Shown: positions 32,191 to 44,114, counted from the first letter of the stretch. The stretch is 64,000 bases of DNA from an uncultured Actinomycetota bacterium (GCA_963784705.1 CAWASC010000008.1:389891-453890); one strand, 5' to 3'. Notes: a model not told the origin generated them from the letters alone. Made by a program: numbers and translations.

Positions 32191-32278
32191 CTGCTCGGTG
32201 GCTGCCCGGTGACCTGCCCGGTGACCTGCCCGGTGACCTGCCCGGTGACCTGCCCGATGGCTGCCCGGTGACCTGCCG
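32191..32278. repeat. 12-bp tandem repeat (CTGCCCGGTGAC), 5 exact plus degenerate copies
   Basis: Read directly; lies between divergent tRNA-Pro and ZIP gene. Confidence 0.9.
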
Positions 32279-32318
32279 GGCGGGGTTGTCCCGCACGCCG
32301 CTGGGCACCAGGCAGAGC

Positions 32319-33017
32319 GTGCTGATCACCTTCCTGGTCATTGCCGTGGTGTCCGGATCACTGGTCCTGGGTGCGGCGCTGGGGGTGTACGGACCCTTCC
32401 CCAGCCGCGTCGAGGGGTTCGTCGTGGCCCTTGCGGGCGGTGCCCTGCTGGTCTCGGCCGTGCTGGAGCTCGTCGAGCCCGCACTGGACAAGGCACCGCC
32501 GTGGTCCGTGCTGCTGGTCGTCCTGCTCGGAGCCGTCGCGTTCAGCGCGCTCGACCATGCCGTCGACGAGAGGTGGGGCTCGGACCAGGGAGGCGGGCTG
32601 CTCGCCGCCATCACCCTGGACGGCATCCCGGAGAACCTCGCGCTCGGCGTCGCGCTCATCTCGACCGGTCCGCTCGGGGTGGCTGCGCTGTCCGGGTCGA
32701 TCCTGCTGTCCAACCTGCCCGAGGCGGCGGGGGGCGCCCGGGCGATGGCGGACGGGCGCAGCGGGCGCGCCGTGCTGGGGCTGTGGGCCGCCACGGCGGT
32801 CCTGCTGTCGGTGGCGGCGCTCAGCGGGAACCTGCTGCTCGCCGACGCCGCGCCAGAGGTGCTCGGCCTGCTGCAGTCGTTCGCGGCAGGGGCGGTGGTG
32901 GCCTCGCTCGCCACCGAGGTGTTCCCCAAGGCCTTCCGCGAGGACAGCTACACGGCGGGTGTCGCCACGGCGGTGGGGCTGGTGCTCGCGCTGGGGCTCG
33001 ACCTGCTCGGCGGGTAG
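32319..33017 (+). CDS. ZIP/ZupT-family metal transporter-like membrane protein
   Basis: Multiple TM helices; ALAGGALL, LDGIPENLALG, SNLPEA, FAAGAVV...EVFP. Confidence 0.8.
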   Translation: MLITFLVIAVVSGSLVLGAALGVYGPFPSRVEGFVVALAGGALLVSAVLELVEPALDKAPPWSVLLVVLLGAVAFSALDHAVDERWGSDQGGGLLAAITLDGIPENLALGVALISTGPLGVAALSGSILLSNLPEAAGGARAMADGRSGRAVLGLWAATAVLLSVAALSGNLLLADAAPEVLGLLQSFAAGAVVASLATEVFPKAFREDSYTAGVATAVGLVLALGLDLLGG

Positions 33018-33032
33018 GCTGCCGAGCGTCTC

Positions 33033-33103
33033 GCGGGCGTAGCTCAATGGTAGAGCCTCAGTCTTCCAAACTGACTACGCGGGTTCGATTCCCGTCGCCC
33101 GCT
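33033..33103 (+). tRNA. tRNA-Gly(TCC), CCA not encoded
   Basis: GCGGGCG/CGCCCGC acceptor stem, TCAGT-CT-TCC-AA-ACTGA, GTTCGATT. Confidence 0.96.
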
Positions 33104-33156
33104 CCGCCCCGACCCCTGCTCCGGCTCGCCCCCGCCCCAGGGCGGCACACTGGCAC

Positions 33157-33906
33157 GTGCTCTTCGACGACCTGGACGTGGCGGGTGCCCCGCGCGAGCT
33201 GGTCGCGCTCGGCGGACGGCTCGACGCCCCGACACTGCGTGCGGCGTACCGCAACGGCGTGTTTCCCTGGCCCCCGTCGGTCGAGGAGGCTCCCGCGCAC
33301 GACCGAGCGGTGCGCCGGCTGGCGCGGCGGGGTGCGGTCCCCGTGCTCCCCGACACCCCTGCCGGACCGCTGGTGCCGTGGGTGTCACCCCAGCCTCGCG
33401 CCGTCCTGCTGGCCCAGCAGCTGTCCGTGCCGAGAACGGTGCGCCAGCTGCTCCGGCGTACCGGGTGGGAAACGACGATGGACGCGTGCTTCGGCCGGGT
33501 CGTGGCGCACTGCGCCGACCGGACCGACGGGACATGGATCACGCCCGACATGCAGAGCGGGTACGTCGCGCTGCACGCCGCCGGCCACGCGCACTCAGTC
33601 GAGGTGTGGGACGGCGCGGAGCTCGTCGGCGGCCTGTACGGCGTCCACACCGGCCGGGTGTTCTCCGGCGAGTCGATGTTCTTCACCCGCAGCGGTGCGT
33701 CGAAGGTCGCGGTCGTCGCCCTGGTCCAGCGGCTGCTCGAGGCCAGGGTCGACGTGCTCGACACCCAGCAGGAGTCCGATCACCTGGGCGCTATGGGTCA
33801 GGTGCTGGTCGACCGGGGCGAGTACGTCAGTTTCGTCCGCGCCGGTCGTGACCACGAGGCCACCTTGCCGAAGGACCGGCGGCCGGTGGCGGATCTAGTG
33901 CGGTAG
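33157..33906 (+). CDS. aat: Leucyl/phenylalanyl-tRNA--protein transferase
   Basis: AYRNGVFPW, TWIT, GHAHSVEVW...LVGGLYG, FSGESMF, ASKVA, DTQ...HL. Confidence 0.9.
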   Translation: MLFDDLDVAGAPRELVALGGRLDAPTLRAAYRNGVFPWPPSVEEAPAHDRAVRRLARRGAVPVLPDTPAGPLVPWVSPQPRAVLLAQQLSVPRTVRQLLRRTGWETTMDACFGRVVAHCADRTDGTWITPDMQSGYVALHAAGHAHSVEVWDGAELVGGLYGVHTGRVFSGESMFFTRSGASKVAVVALVQRLLEARVDVLDTQQESDHLGAMGQVLVDRGEYVSFVRAGRDHEATLPKDRRPVADLVR

Positions 33907-34998
33907 GCGACGCAGCAGGACCAGTCCCCGGTCGTCCGAACCGCTGGCGGCGACGCCGTCGGCGAGCGAGACCGTGCCGCCGGCGAAGCCGCGGGCGACC
34001 ATCCGCTCCGCCTCTCCCAGCAGCTTGTCGATGCCCAGCGCCAGGTCGCGCCCCGGGACCTCGACCAGCCCGTCGGTGTACATCAGCAGTGCGTCACCGG
34101 GACGCAGCACGCCGGTGCACGGGGTGTAGTCCACGCCCGGCAGCAGGCCGAGGGCGGGTCCGGCGGCGTCGAGCAGCGACCACCGGCCGCTTCCGGCGTC
34201 GAAGCGCGCGACGGGCGGGTGACCGGCGGAGGTGACGCGGAAGGCACCGCTGCGCAGGTCCAGCGAGCAGTGGGCGGCCGTGGCGAAGCCCTCCTCCCAC
34301 GCCTGGCGGATCAGGTAGTCGTTGCTGACCGACAGGAACGGGCGGGAGCTCTGGGCCCCGAGCAGTCCCCCGAGCGCCCCCGACAGCAGCAGCGACCGGG
34401 TGCCGGCCTCGACGCCCTTGCCGCTGACGTCGACCAGGGCGACCTCGAGCCGGTCTGCCGTGAGCATCGAGACGACGAAGTCGCCCGCGAACGGCGCGTC
34501 ACCGGCGGCCTTGACCAGCGAGTCGGCGGACCAGGGAGCGGGCAGCGCAGGTAGCCGGCCCTGCGCTCCGAGCCGGTCCTGCAGCTCCACGAGCACCGAG
34601 TCCCCACGCAGGCCACCGAGCCCGGTCTCCTCGCGGGAGAGCGAGAACTCGTAGGACACGGCGGCGGTGAACGCCACGACGATGAGCGCACCGGGTGGGC
34701 TCTGCTCCTGCGTGAGCAGCTGCACGACGACGGCGACGGCGCACAGCGCGCTGAGCCGGAGGTACGGGCCGCGCCGCAGCAGCAGTCCGCCGAGCAGCAG
34801 CGGAAGGGCCTGCAGGCCGGGGGGCGCCCAGGCACCGCCGACGACCAACGACACCCCGAACAGGGCCATCGAGAGCAGCACCAGACCCAGCAGCGCGTGC
34901 GACTCCTCTGGGGGGTCGCGGCGCAGCTGCTCCAACGGGGAGCGCATCCGGAACGGCGACAGCACGGCCCGGCCGTCGCGTGCTCCGGGCCCCGTCAT
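33895..34998 (-). CDS. Membrane PP2C/SpoIIE-family Ser/Thr phosphatase
   Basis: N-terminal TM helices; FAGDF, VDVSGKG, AGHPP, YTDGL, DDR. Confidence 0.88.
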   Translation of the reverse strand: MTGPGARDGRAVLSPFRMRSPLEQLRRDPPEESHALLGLVLLSMALFGVSLVVGGAWAPPGLQALPLLLGGLLLRRGPYLRLSALCAVAVVVQLLTQEQSPPGALIVVAFTAAVSYEFSLSREETGLGGLRGDSVLVELQDRLGAQGRLPALPAPWSADSLVKAAGDAPFAGDFVVSMLTADRLEVALVDVSGKGVEAGTRSLLLSGALGGLLGAQSSRPFLSVSNDYLIRQAWEEGFATAAHCSLDLRSGAFRVTSAGHPPVARFDAGSGRWSLLDAAGPALGLLPGVDYTPCTGVLRPGDALLMYTDGLVEVPGRDLALGIDKLLGEAERMVARGFAGGTVSLADGVAASGSDDRGLVLLRRLPH

Positions 34999-35047
34999 CC
35001 ACCCGACACTAGCCGGGGAGGGTCATCTCACCCCCGGGACAGACCTC

Positions 35048-35095
35048 CCTCACTGCTGGCCTCACTGCTGGCCTCACTGCTGGCCTCACTGCTGG
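35048..35095. repeat. 12-bp tandem repeat (CCTCACTGCTGG) x4 containing the nei stop codon
   Basis: Four exact copies read directly. Confidence 0.92.
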
Positions 35096-35880
35096 TCGTG
35101 CGGGCACCAGAACAGGTTGCGGGACGCCATCACCTGGGTGCGCACCTCGGTGCCGCAGCGGCGGCACGGCAGGCCGGCCCGGCGGTAGACGTAGTGGGCG
35201 TCCTCCCGGCGTACGGCGCCGCGCGGGTGCTCGCGATCGACCGGCGCGGTGGTGACGATCCGCCCTGCCTTGACCCCCGCCCGCATGAGCAGGCGGGTGT
35301 CCGCCCAGAGGGCGTCCCACGTGGCGCGCGGCACGTCGCGTCCTGGTGCGAACGGCGAGACTGCGCTCCGGAACAGCACCTCGGCCCGGTAGACGTTGCC
35401 GATCCCCGCCAGCACCTGCTGGTCCATGAGCAGCTGGCCGATCGGGGCGCGGCTGCGGCTGACGCGCTCCCACGCGTCGGCTCCGCGGTCCTCCCTGCGC
35501 AGTGGATCAGGTCCGAGCCGGGCGAGGACCCGGGCGCGATCCTCCGAGGTGTGGACCTCGCACGCGGTCGGGCCGCGCAGGTCCATCCAGCGCTCCCCCA
35601 CGACCATCCGCAGCCGCAGCGCACCGCGCGGCTCCGGGGGCGGTCCCGTCCCCGACGTCCACTTCCCGTACAGCCCCAGGTGCACGTGCAGGCTCAGATC
35701 GCCCTCGAACAGGTACCACAGGTGCTTGCCGTACGGCTCGAGTCCGACGCAGGTCCGGCCGGACAGCAGCGCGGCGCCCGCGTCGAAGCGGCCCTGGGGG
35801 CTGGCCATCGCTACCGGGTGGCCGACCAAGACCTGACCCTGGTCACGAGCGAGCCGGTGGATCGTGTGGCCCTCAGGCAC
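35086..35880 (-). CDS. nei: Fpg/Nei family DNA glycosylase
   Basis: MPEGHT, GKHL, HLGLYG, H2TH AGIGNVYRAE, zinc finger CRRC...CPHD. Confidence 0.92.
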   Translation of the reverse strand: MPEGHTIHRLARDQGQVLVGHPVAMASPQGRFDAGAALLSGRTCVGLEPYGKHLWYLFEGDLSLHVHLGLYGKWTSGTGPPPEPRGALRLRMVVGERWMDLRGPTACEVHTSEDRARVLARLGPDPLRREDRGADAWERVSRSRAPIGQLLMDQQVLAGIGNVYRAEVLFRSAVSPFAPGRDVPRATWDALWADTRLLMRAGVKAGRIVTTAPVDREHPRGAVRREDAHYVYRRAGLPCRRCGTEVRTQVMASRNLFWCPHDQQ

Positions 35881-36322
35881 GCGTCTCGTACGCCGTCACC
35901 AGCGCGATGCGTCGCACGTGCCGCGGGTCGTCGCTGAAGGGCGTCGCGAGGAAGGCCTCGACGAGCCCGAGGGCCTCGGCCTCGGTGTGCATGCGCGCAC
36001 CGATGCTCACCAGGTTGGCGTCGTTGTGCTGACGCGCGAGCTCGGCGGTCTCGACGCTGTGCGCGAGGGCGCAGCGAGCCCCTCGCACCTTGTTCGCCGC
36101 CATCTGCTCGCCGTTGCCCGAGCCGCCGATGACGACGCCGAGGCTGCCGGGGTCGGCGACGACGCCCTCAGCGGCAGAGAAGCAGTACGGCGGGTAGTCG
36201 TCGGTCGCGACGTACTCTTCCGGACCGTGGTCGACCGGCTCGTGCCCCAGGTCGAGCAGCCGTGCCTTCACCGCCTCCTTGAGCTCGTAGCCGGCGTGGT
36301 CGGAACCGAGGTGGACGCGCAT
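35873..36322 (-). CDS. rpiB: Ribose-5-phosphate isomerase B
   Basis: MRVHLGSDHAG, GGSGNGE, ARQHNDAN, RHVRR. Confidence 0.96.
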   Translation of the reverse strand: MRVHLGSDHAGYELKEAVKARLLDLGHEPVDHGPEEYVATDDYPPYCFSAAEGVVADPGSLGVVIGGSGNGEQMAANKVRGARCALAHSVETAELARQHNDANLVSIGARMHTEAEALGLVEAFLATPFSDDPRHVRRIALVTAYETRA

Positions 36323-36965
36323 GAGCGCAGATGATGCCGTCCTCGGGATCGACGGCGCGCCCCGGGGCTGGATCGGCGCGCTCGTGACCCCCACCGACGT
36401 CAGGTGGTACGGCGGGACGCTGGCCTCGCTGCTCGCGCTGGACGCCGCCGTTGTGGCCGTCGACATCCCGCTGGCCCTGCCCGTCGACGGGGCGCGGCGG
36501 CGGTGCGAGGTGCTCGCCCGGGAGCGGCTCGGTGCCCAGCGCTCGTCGGTGTTCTTCGCCCCGCCGACGTCGGTTCTCGACGCCGGCTCGCACGCCGAGG
36601 CGAGCGTCCTGTCCCGGTCCGTCGGGTCGGTCGGTGTGTCGCTGCAGACCTGGCACATCCTCGGCAAGGTGCGGGAGGCACAGGCCTTCGGCGGCTTGCT
36701 GGAGGCTCACCCGGAGCTCAGCTTCCGCGCGATGGGACAGGTGAGCTCGAGCAAGAAGACAGCCACCGGCCTGGCCGAGCGCACCCGGCTGCTGCAGCAG
36801 TGGCGGTCGTTCGAGCTCCCGTCGCCTCGGCCAGCGGGTGCTCGGGTCGACGACTGCCTGGATGCGCTGGCCTGCGCCTGGACCGCGGACCGCTGGCGCC
36901 GGGGTGAGGCCGAGGTGCTCGGCGAGGAGGTCCTCGACGGACGGGTGTCGCGCATCGTCGTGTGA
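36321..36965 (+). CDS. DUF429-like predicted RNase H-fold nuclease
   Basis: VLGIDG...GW, VDIPLAL, RSSVF, EAHPELSF, DCLDALACAW. Confidence 0.75.
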   Translation: MSADDAVLGIDGAPRGWIGALVTPTDVRWYGGTLASLLALDAAVVAVDIPLALPVDGARRRCEVLARERLGAQRSSVFFAPPTSVLDAGSHAEASVLSRSVGSVGVSLQTWHILGKVREAQAFGGLLEAHPELSFRAMGQVSSSKKTATGLAERTRLLQQWRSFELPSPRPAGARVDDCLDALACAWTADRWRRGEAEVLGEEVLDGRVSRIVV

Positions 36966-36993
36966 GCCCTGGTCGGGGACCCGCCCAGCGGCG

Positions 36994-37407
36994 TCAGGGA
37001 GCCGAGGGGCCGGTCTTGCGGTCGAGGCTCTCCGCATGCCGCTCGGTCTCGGCGGCGAGCCGGGCGATCTCGCGGGAGAGCACGAGGACCTGCTCGGTCA
37101 TCGCGCGCAGCTGCTCGACGTCCCCGGCGGCGCGCGCCCCGAGGTCACGCGTCTGGACCGCCACCGCCTCCAAAGAAGCCGCCCGACGCACGGCGGCCTG
37201 CGCGGCGTCGCGACTGTCCTCTGCCACCCGCAGCTGGGCTCGGGCGACCTCGAGCTGCGCGCGCGTGGTCTGCAGCTGGGTGGTGATCAGGCCGCGCTGA
37301 GCGGCGATGTCGTCATGCATGTCGGCCAGGCCGCGTCCCGCCACCGTCAGCAGTCCCAGGAGGAGGACGACGGCCGCGGTCAGGCTGATGTTCCGGGGGC
37401 TGCGCAC
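36994..37407 (-). CDS. Hypothetical membrane-anchored coiled-coil protein
   Basis: One N-terminal hydrophobic segment then Ala/Gln/Arg heptad-like region; GC3-rich frame filling the gap. Confidence 0.55.
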   Translation of the reverse strand: MRSPRNISLTAAVVLLLGLLTVAGRGLADMHDDIAAQRGLITTQLQTTRAQLEVARAQLRVAEDSRDAAQAAVRRAASLEAVAVQTRDLGARAAGDVEQLRAMTEQVLVLSREIARLAAETERHAESLDRKTGPSAP

Positions 37408-37477
37408 CGCCCGGGAGTACCCCCCTTCCCGGCCCCCACCCGCACGTCGGCGTGATGCGAAGGTCACATGGGCGGGC

Positions 37478-38116
37478 TCAGTCGAAGACCGGTCCCTCGG
37501 TGCGGGTCCGCTTGAGCTCGTAGAAGTGCGGATAGCCGGCGAGCAGTCGTGCGCCGTCCCAGACCCTGCCCGCCTCCTCCCCGCGCGGGATGCGGCTGAG
37601 GACGGGGCCGAAGAACGCGACACCGTCGACGTGGATGACCGGGGTGCCCACGTCCATCCCGACCGGGTCCATGCCGCGGTGGTGGCTCTCCTTCAGCGGC
37701 TCGTCCAGGCTCGCGTCGGTCGCCGCTGCCGCCAGGTCCGTGGGCAGCCCGGCCTCCTCGAGCGCGTCCGGCAGCAGCGACGGGTCGTCGATCTCCACCT
37801 TCTGCAGGTGGATCCGGTTGCCGAGTGCGGTGTAGAGCGGCAGCAGGTCGTCGGTCTTGTCCTGCGCGGCGATGCACACCCGCACCGGACCCAAGGTCTT
37901 CGCCATCGCCGCGAGGTAGTCCGCGGGAAGGTCGCGGCCCTCGTTGAGCAGGGCGAGGGACATGACGTTCCACGTCACCTCGAGGTCGCGCACCTGTGCC
38001 GCCTCCAGCACCCAGCGGGAGGTGATCCAGGCCCAGGGGCACAGCGGGTCGAACCAGAAGTCCACCTTGGTCGTCGGGGAAGGGGCCACCTCAGCGGTGA
38101 CGGGGTCAGTCGTCAT
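37478..38116 (-). CDS. DsbA-like mycoredoxin/nitroreductase (Rv2466c family)
   Basis: DFWFDPLCPWAW, DVGTPVI, FFGPV, FYELKR; divergent from pepN as in mycobacteria. Confidence 0.88.
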   Translation of the reverse strand: MTTDPVTAEVAPSPTTKVDFWFDPLCPWAWITSRWVLEAAQVRDLEVTWNVMSLALLNEGRDLPADYLAAMAKTLGPVRVCIAAQDKTDDLLPLYTALGNRIHLQKVEIDDPSLLPDALEEAGLPTDLAAAATDASLDEPLKESHHRGMDPVGMDVGTPVIHVDGVAFFGPVLSRIPRGEEAGRVWDGARLLAGYPHFYELKRTRTEGPVFD

Positions 38117-38179
38117 GAGGCAAGCCTAGGTCGGGACGTGGAAGGATGCCTGTCGAGCCCGACGACCCGAAGGACACCC

Positions 38180-40716
<2,537 letters not shown>

Positions 40717-40720
<4 letters not shown>

Positions 40721-41160
40721 TGGTGGGTGGCGACCGCGGTGCCGGGCACGGCCTCGGGCGGCGCCTCGATGGCCGGCCGGCGACCGGCCGCATCGGCGAT
40801 CTGCCGCAGGGCGTCGAGGATGCCTCCGGTGAGGTCGCCACCCCCGAACGCCGTGGTCATCGACAGCACCGCGAGCGCGGCGACGCGGTCCGGGACCCGT
40901 CGGCGCGCGGCGGGACCGGTGACCACCTCGACCTGCCGCTGACCCGGGGCGACCACCAGCAGCACCGCACCGTGGCTGCGCTCCGCGCCGAGCGCGGCGT
41001 GCAGGCGCTCGGCGCCGCTCTGGAAGTCGGTCCCGTCGAGGATCAGGTCCCCGACGAACACCGACACGTCGAGACCGTTCTGCGCCCGGCAGGTCGAGAC
41101 CGCGTGCTCGATCCGCTCCTGCTGACTGACCGACAGACCCGTCTTGTCACCAGCTGCCAC
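40717..41160 (-). CDS. DUF5130/TPM-fold protein (CtaI-like)
   Basis: SVFVGDL, VLLVVAPGQRQVEVVTG, AVLSMTTAF...GDLTGG; synteny with pepN. Confidence 0.7.
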
Positions 41161-41518
41161 GTGCCCCACCCCTCACGACATCGCCGACCTCGGCGCTCTG
41201 CACGGCAGCCACCGGGTCCGGCGGGCCGGCGAACCAGACCGGTTCGGCGTCCCAGCTCTTGTTCGGGCGGTAGCGGTTGGCCGTCATCGCCCCGGGCAGC
41301 CAGGTGATCGCGAACACGAGCGCCGCCACCAGCAGCGGCACACCCAGGTAGAGCGCGAGCGTCGTCAGCGTCCCGAGCGCCGGCTCGCGATCCTCCCCCT
41401 CGGAGGGACCGAGCGGGTTGTCCGCGGCGAACGCCGGCGCGCTCAGCAGGACGGTCAGGGGAACGGCCAGCACCGCGGCGAGGCCGGTGGTGGCGACCCG
41501 GGTCACGGCGCGGTTCAC
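41147..41518 (-). CDS. Small membrane protein, CtaJ-like
   Basis: TM helix LYLGVPLLV, RYRP..W..EPVWF, terminal GGARGSW overlapping the DUF5130 start. Confidence 0.6.
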   Translation of the reverse strand: MNRAVTRVATTGLAAVLAVPLTVLLSAPAFAADNPLGPSEGEDREPALGTLTTLALYLGVPLLVAALVFAITWLPGAMTANRYRPNKSWDAEPVWFAGPPDPVAAVQSAEVGDVVRGGARGSW

Positions 41519-41604
41519 GTGCTCCCTCGTCTTCGTCTCGACTGGTGCTGGGACAGGTACGGGCCCGCCGGAGCGGCGACCCGCGGACACGGTAGCGAAC
41601 CCCC

Positions 41605-43563
41605 TCACCGGACCTGCTGCAGGACAGCCGTGAGCCGGGCCACTCCCGGGTGGGACAGGACCTGCTCGAGCAGCAGCGGCACCCCGTGGGCGTCGGCGAC
41701 GGGCAACCGCCAGTTGGGGTACTCGTCGACCGTCCCGGGCAGGTTCGGCTGCCGGAGGTCACCGACAGCATCGCCGTACGCCGCGAGGACGACGCGGCAC
41801 GGGGAGGCCACGAGCGCGCGGTGCAGCGACAGACAGAGGTCGTCGTCGAGCAGGCCCTGGTGCTCCAGCATGGACAGCAGCATCTGCTTCTCGTGGGCCT
41901 GAGCGTCCTGCTCCTCCTCGACGGGACGGGCGAGCTGTCCGACCTCGGCCCGCAACCGCACCGACTCCCCCGTCGCCCAACCGGCCACGGTCGGCAGGTC
42001 GTGCGTCGTGACCGACGCGGCGGCATCGGCACGCCAGGCGTCGGGCGGCAGGAACCAGCCGTCGTCGGACCGGGCGAACCACAGCACGTCGCTGCCGAGC
42101 ACACCGACGCGGTCCAGCCGCTCGCGCATCTGCGGTTCGACGGTGCCGAGGTCCTCGCCCACGACCACCGCCCCGGCACGGGTGGCCTCGAGGGCGAGGA
42201 TGCCCAGCAGCGCGTCGGCGTCGTACCGCACGTAGCTGCCCTCACTGGCGTGCCGCCCGGCCGGCACCCACCACAGCCGGGACAGGCCGAGCACGTGGTC
42301 GATGCGGATGCCCCCCGCGTGCCGGAGCACCCCGCGCACGAGGTCGCGGAAGGGGAGGTAGGCGGCGTCGCGCAGCCGGTCGGGGTGCCACGGCGGCAGA
42401 CCCCAGTCCTGACCGAGCTGGGCCAGCTCGTCAGGCGGTGCGCCGATGGTCGCGCCTGCGGCGAGGACGTCCTGCATCGCCCAGGCGTCGGCTCCTCCAC
42501 CGTCGACGCCCACCGCGAGGTCGTGGAGCACGCCGACCGCCATGCCGGCGCCGATGCCGTGCAGCTGCTCGTCGACGAGCAGCTGCACCCAGCACCAGAA
42601 GCTCACCCGCTCCGGGTCGGGGACGCCGGCCGGCTCCGGCCAGGTGCGGTGGTCCCGGCCGTGGACCTCGGCCAGGGCGCAGAACTGCGCGAAGCGCTCG
42701 AGCGGCTCTCCCCGCTCGAGCCGGAACGCCGCCAGCTCGCCCGCCCGGTGCCGCGGCCACATCTGCTCGAGCGCCGCGAGCTTCGCGGCCCACGGCGCCT
42801 GCCGGTCGACGCGGTCCGGGTCGGTCGGCGGCCGCAGTGTCGCGAGCTGCGGGTCCCACTCCGGGCAGTCCTCGAGCCGGAGGTGCAGCGCGGAGCGGAA
42901 CAGCCGCGAGGACGGGGAGTACGGCGAGTCGAGCAGCGGCAGCACCGGGGTCTCCGCGTGCAGCGGGTTGACGAGCACGACCCCGGCCCCGTCGGCGGCG
43001 GCACTGTCCGCGAGCGATCGCAGGTCGGCGTAGTCACCGACCCCCCAGGAGCCCTCCGAGCGCATCGCGTAGAGCTGGACCTGCCAGCCCCAGACCCGCC
43101 CCGGTGGCAGGGGGATGCGGACGGGGACGACGATGACCACCGTCTGCGCGGTCCGCGGGCCTGCGCTCACGTCGAGCTCGTGGTAGCCGAGCGGGAGCAG
43201 GGGAAGGTCGACCCGCCAGCGCGTGACCTCCCCGCGGCGGTCGACCTCGATCGGTGGCTGGGCAGGTAGGCCCGCCTCCCCCGACTCCAGCCGCAGCAGG
43301 CAGCGCGGCTGCTCCTCGCTGACGCACTCCACGACCGGCGCCGCTCCCTCACGGACGACGAGCACCGCCGGGGCGAGTCGTGACCACGGCGCCTGCTCCG
43401 CGGCGCGCAGCGAGGCCGCGACCTCGTCGTCGGTGGCCGCCGCGACCCCCAGCGCCGCCAGCACGGCGACGAGGGCCTCGTCCGTGATCGGTCGAGGAAG
43501 ACCACGCCAGTCGGAGTAGGTGGTGGCGACGCCGTGCGCGTCGGCGAGAGCGTGAAGGGTCAC
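41605..43563 (-). CDS. malQ: 4-alpha-glucanotransferase (GH77)
   Basis: WGWQVQLY, SPYSPSSR, HDLAVG, RIDHVLG, GEDLG, THD, NLPGT..YPNWR. Confidence 0.94.
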   Translation of the reverse strand: MTLHALADAHGVATTYSDWRGLPRPITDEALVAVLAALGVAAATDDEVAASLRAAEQAPWSRLAPAVLVVREGAAPVVECVSEEQPRCLLRLESGEAGLPAQPPIEVDRRGEVTRWRVDLPLLPLGYHELDVSAGPRTAQTVVIVVPVRIPLPPGRVWGWQVQLYAMRSEGSWGVGDYADLRSLADSAAADGAGVVLVNPLHAETPVLPLLDSPYSPSSRLFRSALHLRLEDCPEWDPQLATLRPPTDPDRVDRQAPWAAKLAALEQMWPRHRAGELAAFRLERGEPLERFAQFCALAEVHGRDHRTWPEPAGVPDPERVSFWCWVQLLVDEQLHGIGAGMAVGVLHDLAVGVDGGGADAWAMQDVLAAGATIGAPPDELAQLGQDWGLPPWHPDRLRDAAYLPFRDLVRGVLRHAGGIRIDHVLGLSRLWWVPAGRHASEGSYVRYDADALLGILALEATRAGAVVVGEDLGTVEPQMRERLDRVGVLGSDVLWFARSDDGWFLPPDAWRADAAASVTTHDLPTVAGWATGESVRLRAEVGQLARPVEEEQDAQAHEKQMLLSMLEHQGLLDDDLCLSLHRALVASPCRVVLAAYGDAVGDLRQPNLPGTVDEYPNWRLPVADAHGVPLLLEQVLSHPGVARLTAVLQQVR

Positions 43564-43592
43564 CGGAGCAGGGTGCCCCAGCGGCGGTGGTG

Positions 43593-44114
43593 TCACGCAG
43601 GCGGGCGGATCACGGCGTACATCACGAGGTCGTGCCAGGCACCGGCGCGCCACTGCGCGCTCCTCAGCACACCCTCGCGGCTGAACCCTGCAGCCTCCAG
43701 GGCATGCTGCTCGGCGACGTTCGACACGTCGGTCGACGCCTGCACGCGGTGCACGTCGGTGGTCGCGAACAGGTACTTCACCAGCATCCGCTGGGCCCGC
43801 GTGCCGTGACCGAGGCCCTGCGCGAAGGGGCGCAGCGAGATCCCGATCTCCAGGGCTTGCGACCGACGCGTCGGCCCGTAGGCGACCGGCCGCCACGACA
43901 CCGTGCCGAGCGGGTCGTCGTGGTCGTCGGCCACGACCAGCTCGCCCAGGCAGTCGGGAGGCGCGAGGAACTCGCCCTCCGGGTCCGACCAGTCGTCGTA
44001 CGGCGACTGCGGGTCCGCGCCCCAGGCCTGGAGCAGCGCGCGCTCGCCCTCGAGCGCCGGGCGCAGGCGGGTCCGCAGCAGCCCGTCGGGGTCGCCGTAC
44101 GCCGCCGCCGTCAC
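43593..44114 (-). CDS. RimJ/RimL-type GNAT acetyltransferase
   Basis: EIGISL, QGLGHGT, N.AEQHALEAAGFSREGVLR. Confidence 0.85.
   Translation of the reverse strand: MTAAAYGDPDGLLRTRLRPALEGERALLQAWGADPQSPYDDWSDPEGEFLAPPDCLGELVVADDHDDPLGTVSWRPVAYGPTRRSQALEIGISLRPFAQGLGHGTRAQRMLVKYLFATTDVHRVQASTDVSNVAEQHALEAAGFSREGVLRSAQWRAGAWHDLVMYAVIRPPA

Noticed and set aside
33033-33160. Integrative element at tRNA-Gly or tRNA-Pro
   Set aside because: No integrase and no duplicated tRNA 3' end found in the window
32191-35095. 12-bp tandem arrays as mini-CRISPRs
   Set aside because: Head-to-tail units with no spacers
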